From assembly GCA_033763315.1 (NCBI GenBank), contig JANRKS010000007.1, forward strand, positions 352,001 to 416,000: a stretch of DNA of 64,000 nucleotides. The letters run 5' to 3'. The DNA comes from Deltaproteobacteria bacterium. Its GTDB lineage: Bacteria > Myxococcota_A > Polyangia > Fen-1088. Below are positions 18,807-27,514 of the stretch, piece by piece; position 1 is the first letter of the stretch; the number at the start of each line of letters is the position of its first letter. The position numbers and the translations under genes are program-made. The notes beneath the pieces were generated by a model. The model did not search any database and was not told the origin of the DNA. It was given only the letters and a program-made list of their open reading frames with translations.

Positions 18807-20765
18807 TCACGAACGCACGCCAAGTTTATCCAATATCTCGGGCGAAAGCGCGACGCGCGCTTGCTCGAATCCGTGCCATGGATCTGCGCCCAGCTTATCC
18901 AGCCACATGGGGACTTGCTGGATGGAAGGCACAAGCGGCGCCTTATCGTTCTCTTGTACATGTTCCCAGCGCACAGGCAACGCCACCGGCGCGCCGGGTC
19001 GCGCGCGGGTGGAATACGAAGCCACCGCCGTGGCATCGCGCCCGTTGCGAAGATAATCGATCAGGATCTTTGCTTCGCGCCCCCGCTTCGTGATTTTCGC
19101 CGTAAAAAGTCCCGGAACTTTGCGCACGAATTCTTCGGCCACGGCCAATGAGAAGGCCTTGACTTGAGGCCACGACGCTTTGGGCTCAAGCGGCACAACG
19201 ACGTGGATGCCCTTACCGCCCGTGAAGCGCGGAAAGCTGGCGAGGCCCAGATGCTCCAAACGCTCACGGATCGCCAAGGCGGTGACCATGGTTTGCTTCC
19301 ACGGCGCGCTCGGGCCGGGATCCAAGTCAAAGACAATGATGTCTGGTTTATCTAAGTGCTCTTCCGTGGCGCCCCACACGTGAAACTCAAGCACGCCGAT
19401 TTGCACCAACGAAACGAGCGAAGGCAGATCGTCAATCATCATGTAAGTTTCGTTCGCATCTTGTTTGCCATCGGGTGCCACGTTCACGCGCGGGATGGTC
19501 TTGGGTACCATACGGTTCGCGTGCTTTTGAAAGAAGCACTCCGCTTTGAAACCATCGGGGCAGCGAAGCAAGGTGAGGGGGCGCTTGCGGATGTACGGCA
19601 ACATGAAAGGTGCCACGCGCTCGTAATAGAGCGCCAAGTCCATCTTTGTAATGCCCACGTCCGGGTAAAGGACTTTATCGGGATGGCTGAGGCGCACGCC
19701 GGCAACCACGGGATCGCGTGATTTTGTGGCCGTCTTGGGCGTCGCTGTTTGTTCGGCTGCGATAGCCTTTGCCGCCACGGGCGCGGCCGGCAACTCACGC
19801 ACCACATCCTTGGCAGATTTGTCTGTTCGCAAACCTTGAAAGGAGCCATGGCGCACGGATCCGTCTTGCGTCCACTCGGCAAAGGCAACTTGCGCGACCA
19901 CTTCGGGGCGGACCCAATGAACGCCGCGCGCGGCGGCGCCACGCAAAGGGTTCGTCACCAGCGGGCGGGCAACCTCAAGGGGCTGCAGCTGTTTGTGCAG
20001 CGACTGCAGCGTGGCGCTTGAAAATCCTGTGCCCACCTTGCCGCGGTAGCGAAGTGTGGCGCCCTCGTAAACGCCCAGGAGCAGAGCGCCAAGGCCTTTG
20101 CGTGCACCTTCCGGATCGGTGAAACCCACAATGATGAACTCTTGCAACAGCAAGCATTTGACCTTGAGCCAGGAGCGGCTGCGTCCGCTTTGGTAAGGCG
20201 CATTGGCGAGCTTGCTGACGGTGCCTTCAAGACCCATGCGGCACGCTTCGGCATGCGTGGCGCCTCCGCCTCCCACAACGTGGTCGCTGTAGCGAATCGC
20301 TTTCTTCGAGCCGCCCAACAACTTGCGCAAGGTGGCTTTGCGATCAAGCAAGGTGCAAGCGCGCAAGTCATAGCCGTCGAGGTAGAGCAGATCGAAAGCG
20401 TAAAACATAATGTCTTCTCCCCGACCTTTCCCCAAGGCGTTCTGTAGATGCTGAAAGCGGCTTACGCCTGCCTTGTCCATCACCACGGCTTCGCCGTCGA
20501 CCAATGCGGTCTTGCACGGCAAAGCGGCAAACGCTTTGGCCAGCGCCTCGAAGGGGCCCGTCCAATCGTTGCCATTGCGGCTCGTGAGACTGACGTCACC
20601 GTCCTTAATCGCGACGAGCACACGGTAGCCGTCGAGCTTGATCTCGTGCACCCACTGTGACCCGGTGGGGGCCTGAGATACAAGGGTTGCCAGTTGCAGT
20701 TGTTTGAGCTTCGGCGGCGCGGTCGGTTTTGCGCCTGCCAGCTTGCTGAGTGGATTCTCCGCCAT
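18807..20765 (-). CDS. ligD: DNA ligase D (ligase + OB + primase/polymerase domains; no phosphoesterase domain)
   Basis: HEIKLDGYR, DGEAV, AFDLL, EGTVSK, WLKVKC, GKVGTGF, LSHPDKVLYP, FDLDPG, TGGKGIHV, IDYLRNG. Confidence 0.95.
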   Translation of the reverse strand: MAENPLSKLAGAKPTAPPKLKQLQLATLVSQAPTGSQWVHEIKLDGYRVLVAIKDGDVSLTSRNGNDWTGPFEALAKAFAALPCKTALVDGEAVVMDKAGVSRFQHLQNALGKGRGEDIMFYAFDLLYLDGYDLRACTLLDRKATLRKLLGGSKKAIRYSDHVVGGGGATHAEACRMGLEGTVSKLANAPYQSGRSRSWLKVKCLLLQEFIIVGFTDPEGARKGLGALLLGVYEGATLRYRGKVGTGFSSATLQSLHKQLQPLEVARPLVTNPLRGAAARGVHWVRPEVVAQVAFAEWTQDGSVRHGSFQGLRTDKSAKDVVRELPAAPVAAKAIAAEQTATPKTATKSRDPVVAGVRLSHPDKVLYPDVGITKMDLALYYERVAPFMLPYIRKRPLTLLRCPDGFKAECFFQKHANRMVPKTIPRVNVAPDGKQDANETYMMIDDLPSLVSLVQIGVLEFHVWGATEEHLDKPDIIVFDLDPGPSAPWKQTMVTALAIRERLEHLGLASFPRFTGGKGIHVVVPLEPKASWPQVKAFSLAVAEEFVRKVPGLFTAKITKRGREAKILIDYLRNGRDATAVASYSTRARPGAPVALPVRWEHVQENDKAPLVPSIQQVPMWLDKLGADPWHGFEQARVALSPEILDKLGVRS

Positions 20766-20784
20766 GAAATGCAGTTAGCCGTTG

Positions 20785-20800
20785 TGCAATGACCGTTCCA
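20785..20800 (-). promoter_or_regulatory. Sigma-54 promoter of ligD
   Basis: Minus strand reads TGGAACGGTCATTGCA (one mismatch to TGGCACG-N4-TTGCW), 19 nt upstream of the ligD ATG. Confidence 0.75.
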
Positions 20801-20915
20801 CCCTCGCCACCACCCTGCGGATGAACCGCGGCGAGACCCCGTAACAATGAAACGCTTACCGTCTCTGAAGGGGAACAATGCTTGAAACACCGCGGGTTGC
20901 GCCCGCTAAAAGTCA

Positions 20916-20931
20916 GGGCACAAGTGTTGCA
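20916..20931 (+). promoter_or_regulatory. Sigma-54 promoter of the small Pro-rich protein gene
   Basis: GGGCACAAGTGTTGCA: GGCAC at -24, TTGCA at -12, N10 spacing. Confidence 0.75.
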
Positions 20932-20975
20932 ATAGCTCTCAGTCTCGATGGGGGCTTGTTGGAAAGGGAAACGTC

Positions 20976-21176
20976 ATGAAAAGCGCAATCGTCACCTTGT
21001 TGTTTGCTTTGAGCGCGCCTACGGGCGCGGCGACCATCCTGGACGATGATCTGGCGCCCACCGATGGCGGCACGCCGACGCCTCGGCCGCGGCCTGAGCC
21101 TATGCCCACGCCCAAACCACCCGCGCCGCCAAATCCGAATCCCAACCCGAATCCGCCGCCGCTTCCGCGCGCTTAG
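20976..21176 (+). CDS. Small secreted Pro-rich protein (66 aa)
   Basis: Signal peptide MKSAIVTLLFALSAPTGA, purine-rich RBS, own promoter match, PTPRPRPEP...PNPNPNPNP. Confidence 0.65.
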   Translation: MKSAIVTLLFALSAPTGAATILDDDLAPTDGGTPTPRPRPEPMPTPKPPAPPNPNPNPNPPPLPRA

Positions 21177-21179
21177 TGG

Positions 21180-21195
21180 TGGCAGAGCGCTTGCA
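21180..21195 (+). promoter_or_regulatory. Sigma-54 promoter of the SDR operon
   Basis: TGGCAGAGCGCTTGCA: TGGCA at -24, TTGCA at -12, N10 spacing; AAGGAG RBS follows. Confidence 0.75.
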
Positions 21196-21223
21196 CAATC
21201 GGCCTGCCTCACAAGGAGCGCGC

Positions 21224-22111
21224 ATGGAAAACGCCCAACACCAAGATCCACGGAACAAACACGAGTCGCCACCGTTTAACGAAGCGGAACAGGCGGTGCC
21301 AGGCAGCGAAGCCCAGATGCAACAAAAGCCTGATCACGGCGAGGCTTCTTACAAAGGCTTTGGCCGCTTGGCCGGCAAGGTTGCCTTGATCACCGGCGCC
21401 GACAGCGGCATCGGACGCGCCGTGGCTTTGGCGTTCGCGCGCGAAGGCGCTGACGTAGCGATTGCTTATCTATCTGAACATGAGGACGCCAAGGATACAC
21501 AGGCGCTGGTGGAAGAGGCTGGGCAGCGCGCGCTCATGCTTCCCGGCGATCTGGCGGACGAACAATATTGTCAGAACTTGGTGCAGCAGACGGTAGATCA
21601 CCTTGGGCACATAGACATCTTGGTCAACAACGCCGCGTACCAAGACAAAAGCGTTGAGTCGATCGATGAACTTACAGCGGAACGCTTGTTGCGCGCCTTT
21701 CAGGTGAACATCATTGCGATGTTTCATCTTGCAAAGGCGGCGCAAAAGCACATGCCGTCAGGAAGCACGATCATCAACACGGCCTCGATTCAAGCCTACC
21801 AGCCCACCCCGAGCATTCTGGATTACGCCACCACCAAGGGCGCGATCGTCACTTTCACCAAAGGCCTCGGGCAAGAGCTGATCAAAAAAGGCATTCGCGT
21901 GAACTGCGTGGCGCCGGGCCCTGTGTGGACGCCGCTCATCGCGCAATCGTTCCCCGAACAGAAGATCGAAAATTTTGGCAAAGACTCGCCGATGGGTCGG
22001 CCGGCTCAGCCCGCTGAAATGGCGCCGCTGTTTGTTTTTTTGGCGAGTGAGGAATCAAGTTACGTCAACGGCGCCATCTTGGCTGGCACCGGCGGCAAAC
22101 CATTGTCTTGA
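21224..22111 (+). CDS. General-stress SDR oxidoreductase (YghA/YdaD-like)
   Basis: PDHGEASYKG.GRL.GK.ALITGADSGIG, LVNNAAYQ, YATTK, VAPGPVWTPL. Confidence 0.93.
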   Translation: MENAQHQDPRNKHESPPFNEAEQAVPGSEAQMQQKPDHGEASYKGFGRLAGKVALITGADSGIGRAVALAFAREGADVAIAYLSEHEDAKDTQALVEEAGQRALMLPGDLADEQYCQNLVQQTVDHLGHIDILVNNAAYQDKSVESIDELTAERLLRAFQVNIIAMFHLAKAAQKHMPSGSTIINTASIQAYQPTPSILDYATTKGAIVTFTKGLGQELIKKGIRVNCVAPGPVWTPLIAQSFPEQKIENFGKDSPMGRPAQPAEMAPLFVFLASEESSYVNGAILAGTGGKPLS

Positions 22112-22132
22112 ACAAGGAAAGCACAAAGCACT

Positions 22133-22366
22133 ATGAGAAACGGCATCAAAGAAACACCTCAAACCGAAGATCTCATCGATAACACGATCGAGGATTCTTT
22201 TCCCGCCAGCGACCCGCCGTCGTGGACGGCAGGCACGCGGCACAGCCCCGCCCACCAACCTCAGGAACAGAGCAACCTACGTCGCTTTGTCCGACCCACG
22301 CTTTATGCATTGGCAGGCGTGGGAGTGGTCCTGGGCGTGTTGTGGTGGCTTCAGAAGGATGATTGA
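22133..22366 (+). CDS. Small protein with xSFPASDPP motif and C-terminal TM
   Basis: IDNTIEDSFPASDPPSW motif seen in small stress-associated proteins; hydrophobic C-terminus; operonic position. Confidence 0.75.
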   Translation: MRNGIKETPQTEDLIDNTIEDSFPASDPPSWTAGTRHSPAHQPQEQSNLRRFVRPTLYALAGVGVVLGVLWWLQKDD

Positions 22367-22401
22367 TCACACGGGCGCTTGCTAGGGCGGGAAGAATTCA
22401 C

Positions 22402-23550
22402 ATGTTAGCAATGTCATATCTGGGTCCAAAGAAGGTGAAGGCAGTGAAGAAGCCCGATCCAAAAATCATGCATCCGAACGATGTGGTGCTGAAGGTAACA
22501 AGAAGCGCTATCTGCGGTTCAGACATTCACCTTTACTGTGGCCTGGTAGCCGACACACGCGTGGGCACCACGTTTGGGCACGAATTTACAGGCGTCGTGC
22601 AAGAGGTGGGATCGTCCGTCGAAAGCCTCAAGGTGGGCGATCGCATCATGGTGCCTTTCAATATCTCTTGTGGCCGCTGTTACTACTGTCAGCGTTCGTT
22701 GTTCGGTAACTGTGAGCTTACCAATCCCAGCGCCACTGTGGCGTCGGGTGTGTTTGGTTACAGTCACACGACGGGCGGATACGAGGGTGGACAGGCGCAG
22801 TATGTGAGGGTGCCGTTCGCCGACGTGGGTCCCATGAAGATCCCCGATGACATGCACGACGAGGACGTCTTGTTCCTGACCGATGCGTTTCCCACGGGAT
22901 ACATGGCGGCAGAAATGGGATCGATTCGACCGGGAGACACGGTCGTGGTGTTCGGCTCTGGACCCGTGGGCCTGTTCGCAGCGAAATCGGCCTTCTTAAT
23001 GGGTGCGGGGCGCGTGATCGTTGTGGACCGCTTGAACTATCGTCTCGAATTCGCGCAAGGCTACACCGGTTGCGAAACCGTCAACTTTGAAGAGGTGGAC
23101 GACATCGTCGTAACGCTTAAGAAGATGACAGAGGGCCGGGGCGCCGATGTTTGCATCGACGCCGTGGGTTTGGACGCCGCAGGCTCCAATTTCCAAAGCT
23201 TCACTGGCAAAGTGATGATGATGCAAGCGGGTGCCGCAACGGCGATTGATTGGGCCATCGACAGCGTTCGCAAAGCGGGGCACGTATCCATCGTGGGTGT
23301 CTATGGTCCGCCATGGAACTTGATCCCGATCGGCACGGCCATGAACAAGGGCCTCACCCTGCGGATGAACCAGTGTCACGTTAAACGGTACATGCCGCAT
23401 CTACTGCAGCTGGTGCGCGAAGGCCACGTTGACCCCAAAGCTGTCATCACCCATCGAGCTGGCATTGAAGAGGTGGAAGACGCGTATCACATCTTCGCCA
23501 ACAAGAAGGAAAATTGCATTAAACCCATATTGGCTCCTAACGGGATTTAG
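22402..23550 (+). CDS. Zn-dependent dehydrogenase (formaldehyde-dehydrogenase-like MDR, YbdR/AdhB-like)
   Basis: ICGSDIH, GHEFTG, CGRCYYC.......C, GGQAQYVRVPFAD, LTDAFPTGY, GSGPVG, IDAVG. Confidence 0.93.
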   Translation: MLAMSYLGPKKVKAVKKPDPKIMHPNDVVLKVTRSAICGSDIHLYCGLVADTRVGTTFGHEFTGVVQEVGSSVESLKVGDRIMVPFNISCGRCYYCQRSLFGNCELTNPSATVASGVFGYSHTTGGYEGGQAQYVRVPFADVGPMKIPDDMHDEDVLFLTDAFPTGYMAAEMGSIRPGDTVVVFGSGPVGLFAAKSAFLMGAGRVIVVDRLNYRLEFAQGYTGCETVNFEEVDDIVVTLKKMTEGRGADVCIDAVGLDAAGSNFQSFTGKVMMMQAGAATAIDWAIDSVRKAGHVSIVGVYGPPWNLIPIGTAMNKGLTLRMNQCHVKRYMPHLLQLVREGHVDPKAVITHRAGIEEVEDAYHIFANKKENCIKPILAPNGI

Positions 23551-23562
23551 TGGGGAACGACC

Positions 23563-23994
23563 ATGGAAAGAACATTTTCAATACCCTCTTCGGGACGGCC
23601 TTTGCCCGTGGACGCAGATGTATCAAGACGGCCAGGAGTGCCTATGCTGGTCGACAACCCGCAGCCCTATTCAGCCGTTGCTGGGACGCCTTTGCAATGG
23701 CAACGCCAGGATGGCACCGAGGTGCTGATGGGGGTGGAAGAACGTATCAGCACCATGAACACCGTAGGTGCGGAAATCACGCCCGTTTACGGCAACAGCG
23801 TCAACCCACGCTGGCTGTCGGGCTTCATCCGCCGCCGCGGCTATAGCATCCCGGAACACAATGCGGCCCGCTGGCTGCTCTTGATGTTGGGCGATCGAGT
23901 GGATGTGATCGAAAGCAAGATCGCCCGGCATCCGCTTCGGACGGTCGCCTTGCTGGCCGGCGCGTTCTATTTTTGGAACCGACGCCGCGACTAA
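23563..23994 (+). CDS. Conserved hypothetical protein accompanying the Zn-dehydrogenase
   Basis: PVYG....PR.LSG.IRR..Y.IPE.....WLLLMLGDRVDV.E motif; C-terminal TM; 12 nt after the upstream stop. Confidence 0.75.
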   Translation: MERTFSIPSSGRPLPVDADVSRRPGVPMLVDNPQPYSAVAGTPLQWQRQDGTEVLMGVEERISTMNTVGAEITPVYGNSVNPRWLSGFIRRRGYSIPEHNAARWLLLMLGDRVDVIESKIARHPLRTVALLAGAFYFWNRRRD

Positions 23995-24030
23995 GCACCA
24001 TGCCGATACCTCGGGCGCGTTCCCAGTCAT

Positions 24031-24046
24031 TGGCCACACACTTGCA
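24031..24046 (+). promoter_or_regulatory. Sigma-54 promoter of the Gly/Ser-rich protein gene
   Basis: TGGCCACACACTTGCA with GG-N10-GC; the leader has a hairpin GGCTCTG-N5-CAGAGCC (24062-24080) and an AGGAG RBS. Confidence 0.7.
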
Positions 24047-24106
24047 GTCTGCTCACGTACCGGCTCTGCACGACAGAGCCGCAAGTGGAGAAAGACAGGA
24101 GCGGAT

Positions 24107-24667
24107 ATGCAAATGAAAATTCTAAAACTCATTCATGTGGCGGTGTACTCATCGACGTTAGCGTTGGGAGGCGTAGCATTCGCGCAATCGGGTACGGGCT
24201 CGGGCAGCACAGGTTCCGGTAGCGTGGGCTCGGGCAGCACAGGCTCGGGTTCCTCTGGCAGCGGCAGTTCGGGTAGCGTCAACCGGCGCCCACGTGACGG
24301 ATCAGGTTCGGGCTCGACGGGCTCGGGCTCAACGGGCACGCCAGGCTCGGGCACAGGTTCGACTGGCTCAGGCAGCACTGGTTCGGGCACCACGGGCTCA
24401 GGTCACGGCACGGGTTCAACAGGTTCGGGTCCCGGCACGGGTTCAACAGGTTCGGGCACGGGCCCCGGGAGCAGCGGATCGAACACCGGGTCAGGCACCA
24501 CGGGCCGTGGCGCGGGTGACACCGCCGGTTCGCGCAGTGGCTCGCGAGGCTCGTCGGGTTCGGGTTCAACTGGCTCGGGATCATCGGGTTCGGGTTCAAC
24601 CGGCTCGGGATCATCGGGTTCGGGTAGCGGTTCAACAGGCTCGGGTTCAGGGTCTTCGGGCCGCTAG
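24107..24667 (+). CDS. Secreted Gly/Ser/Thr low-complexity protein (GSGST repeats)
   Basis: Signal peptide ending AFA-Q; mature part almost entirely G/S/T; strong RBS. Confidence 0.8.
   Translation: MQMKILKLIHVAVYSSTLALGGVAFAQSGTGSGSTGSGSVGSGSTGSGSSGSGSSGSVNRRPRDGSGSGSTGSGSTGTPGSGTGSTGSGSTGSGTTGSGHGTGSTGSGPGTGSTGSGTGPGSSGSNTGSGTTGRGAGDTAGSRSGSRGSSGSGSTGSGSSGSGSTGSGSSGSGSGSTGSGSGSSGR
24554..24625 (+). repeat. 30-bp coding tandem repeat (about 2.4 copies)
   Basis: TCGGGTTCGGGTTCAACYGGCTCGGGATCA twice plus a partial third copy; encodes SGSGSTGSGS. Confidence 0.85.
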
Positions 24668-24777
24668 TGAAAGTGTGGATTGGGGGCAGGGGTCGCACGG
24701 TTAGCTGCTGCGCCTCTGCCCTTTGCATTGAGGAGATCTATGCTGAGAAAGACCGGTGTGGTGTGGACGCCGGACTT

Positions 24778-27459
24778 TTACGCCTGGGCAGCACGTCCAA
24801 GGCGCCGCGCAATGAACTTACGTGCCTCCTCTACCCACAGCACGAGGCTGCCGGCCACGCCGATAAACAACACCTGCTTTGCGTCCAACGGAACCGTATG
24901 AAACACCTGAGCCAACGGCTGCCAATAGATCACCAAGACCTGTAAGGCGTTGCCTAACAATAAGCCACCCATGAGCCAGCGGTTTTGAAGAGCACTTAGA
25001 GTGAAGGCGCTCTTCGTTTCGGAGCGGCAGTTTAAGACGTTGAACCACTCGCACACAGCTAACAGCGTGAAGGTTTCCGTTCGCACCACTTGCAGGGGAA
25101 CATTGTGCTGTGAACGCCAGATGAACCACCCCACCGTGGAAACCACCATGGCTGGGACCATGAAGAACATCCGCCTTCGTAGCAACCGCGACAAAAGGGG
25201 TTCATTGGCGTCGATAGGGGGTCGTGACATTTCGTCGCCTTCAGGCGGATCCATGACCAAGTTGACAGTCAGCACCCCTTCGGTAACCAAGTTGTTCCAC
25301 AAAATCTGAACCGCGAGAAACGGCGGAGGGTATCCCAACATGAGGCCAACCATCAGCACAGACACCTCGGCCGCAGATGTCGAAAGCAAGTGCAGCACCG
25401 TTTTCTTGATGTTGCGGTAAACAACGCGGCCTTCCTCCACGGCAGCCACGATGGTCGCGAAGTTGTCATCCAAAATGATGATCTTGGCCGCCTCCTTTGC
25501 GACCGCCGTTCCCGTGATACCCATGGCAACCCCAACGTTGGCCTTCATCAAAGCGGGCGCATCGTTGACGCCATCGCCGGTCATTGCCACAACGTGGTTC
25601 TGCTTCTGATAAGCGCCAACGATGCGCAATTTCTGAGCAGGATCCACGCGAGCAAACACAGAGATCTTGTCTATGCGTCTTGCAAGTTCAGGATCCGACA
25701 AGCTTGCCAACTCGCGGCCGTCCACAGCTTCGTCCCCGGGCGCCGCGATCCCCAGGGTCGTCGCAATGGCGAGCCCCGTGGCTTTGTGATCTCCTGTCAC
25801 CATCACAGGCCTGATCCCAGCCGCGCGACAACGCATAACCGCGTCTTTGACTTCGCTGCGCGGTGGATCCATTTGGCCAACCAAGCCAAGCAAGGTTGCG
25901 GATGAGCCAAACGCACGAAAACCAGTGGTTTGATCGATGCCAACGTCAGTCACCTTCGCCACGGCCAAAACGCGCAATGCACGGGCGGCCATCTGTTCCG
26001 CCGCTTGCTTGAGCGCTGCGTGGTCCTGTCCCGCGCAAAGGTCAAACACGGCTTCGGGCGCGCCTTTGATGAAGACCTGCACCCCCTGTTCTGTCTTGTG
26101 CTGCGTTGCCATCATGCGTGCAGCGGCATCGAACGGCAACTCTGCTTCCCGGCGGTTGTGTTCGCGCAGCTCAGCAGGATTCAAGCCACCCTTCATCGCA
26201 AAGACGATCAGCGCTACCTCAGTGGGATCGCCCAACGGCTTCCAAGCGCCCGCTTCACCCTCGGGTGGCAACAACTTGGCGTCGTTGCACAGCACGCACG
26301 CGCGCATCAACTCGATAAGCAGGTCATCATTGGCGGCGGCCACGTCTTGATCGTCGTGCTTAAAGGCGCCGCGCGGCTCATAGCCGGTGCCAGCAACTTC
26401 ATAGCTTCGCCCGCCCGCCATCACGACATGCGTGACGGTCATCTCGTTCTTGGTAAGCGTGCCTGTCTTGTCGGTGCAGATCACGGTGGTTGCACCCAAA
26501 GTTTCCACGGCTGACAACCGCCGCACGACAGCCTTCCGCCGAGCCATTCGCTGCACGCCCACGGACAGAGCGACGGTCATGGCCACCGGGAGCCCTTCTG
26601 GAACCATACCGACGACTTGGCTGATCGCAACCATCACAAGTTCACCAAGCGAGATGCCGCGGGCCAAGCCAATCGCAATAACCAACACGAACATAGCGCC
26701 AGCGGCCCAGATAATGTATCGCCCAAACTGAGCGATGCGTGCTTCAAGAGGCGTTTGTGAAGCCTTCGCTTGCTGCGCGAGCTGGGCAATGTGGCCGATT
26801 TCACGTGCGGCGCCCGTGGCCACAACCACCACGCGGCCTCTGCCTGCCACCACGTTGGTGCCAGCAAAAACCATGTTGGTTCGGTCACCCAACGCGGCCT
26901 CGCCGGGCACAGGCTGACAGACCTTGTGCACCGGCACGGATTCACCGGTCAAGGCGGCCTCGGCCACCGCCAACGCGTGAGCGGAAAGCACATAGCCATC
27001 AGCCACGACGGCATCGCCCGCCTCCAGCAAGAGGATGTCCCCTGCAACGACATCGCTCGCTTCCACGAGTGCCTCATTGCGACCGCGCACAACCCTGGCA
27101 GTTTGGACCGCCAACCGCGAAAGTGCGTCCAGCGACCTTTGGGCGCGCCCTTCCTGCAAGGCACCGATGAGTGAGTTGACCGTGACAACAACCAGAATGA
27201 CGATGCCGTCGTTGGTGTGCTTCATGGCGAACGCCACCGCGGCCACCGCGAACAGCAGATAGATCAATGGGCTGGCAAACTGCCCAATGAACACGCTGGC
27301 CCACGAGCGTCGCTTTCCTTCCTCAAGAGTGTTTGCCCCCCACCGCCGCAGCCGTTCTTGCGCCTCTTCGGTGGTTAAGCCGTCGATTTCGTGCGACGAC
27401 AGCGCATCCAAAACGGCTTGCCGGTCGAGCGCATGCCACAGGTGCGTTTCTCGGTCCAT
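24778..27459 (-). CDS. P-type cation-transporting ATPase (type IIA, Ca2+-like)
   Basis: LTGES, VPEGLP, DKTGTLT, KGAPE, MVTGD, TGDGVNDAPA, QILWNNLVTE. Confidence 0.95.
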   Translation of the reverse strand: MDRETHLWHALDRQAVLDALSSHEIDGLTTEEAQERLRRWGANTLEEGKRRSWASVFIGQFASPLIYLLFAVAAVAFAMKHTNDGIVILVVVTVNSLIGALQEGRAQRSLDALSRLAVQTARVVRGRNEALVEASDVVAGDILLLEAGDAVVADGYVLSAHALAVAEAALTGESVPVHKVCQPVPGEAALGDRTNMVFAGTNVVAGRGRVVVVATGAAREIGHIAQLAQQAKASQTPLEARIAQFGRYIIWAAGAMFVLVIAIGLARGISLGELVMVAISQVVGMVPEGLPVAMTVALSVGVQRMARRKAVVRRLSAVETLGATTVICTDKTGTLTKNEMTVTHVVMAGGRSYEVAGTGYEPRGAFKHDDQDVAAANDDLLIELMRACVLCNDAKLLPPEGEAGAWKPLGDPTEVALIVFAMKGGLNPAELREHNRREAELPFDAAARMMATQHKTEQGVQVFIKGAPEAVFDLCAGQDHAALKQAAEQMAARALRVLAVAKVTDVGIDQTTGFRAFGSSATLLGLVGQMDPPRSEVKDAVMRCRAAGIRPVMVTGDHKATGLAIATTLGIAAPGDEAVDGRELASLSDPELARRIDKISVFARVDPAQKLRIVGAYQKQNHVVAMTGDGVNDAPALMKANVGVAMGITGTAVAKEAAKIIILDDNFATIVAAVEEGRVVYRNIKKTVLHLLSTSAAEVSVLMVGLMLGYPPPFLAVQILWNNLVTEGVLTVNLVMDPPEGDEMSRPPIDANEPLLSRLLRRRMFFMVPAMVVSTVGWFIWRSQHNVPLQVVRTETFTLLAVCEWFNVLNCRSETKSAFTLSALQNRWLMGGLLLGNALQVLVIYWQPLAQVFHTVPLDAKQVLFIGVAGSLVLWVEEARKFIARRLGRAAQA

Positions 27460-27514
27460 GGCGGCGAATCTATCGCATTTGGCCAGGCAATATGGCTAAG
27501 CCGTTGAATCGATG

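Noticed and set aside
22367-22383. Sixth sigma-54 promoter before the Zn-dehydrogenase
   Set aside because: TTGCT is present but there is no GG at -24; the gene is more likely read from the SDR operon promoter.
24180-24660. CRISPR-like array
   Set aside because: Repeats are contiguous, multiples of 3 nt, lack unique spacers and encode the Gly/Ser protein; no cas genes in the window.
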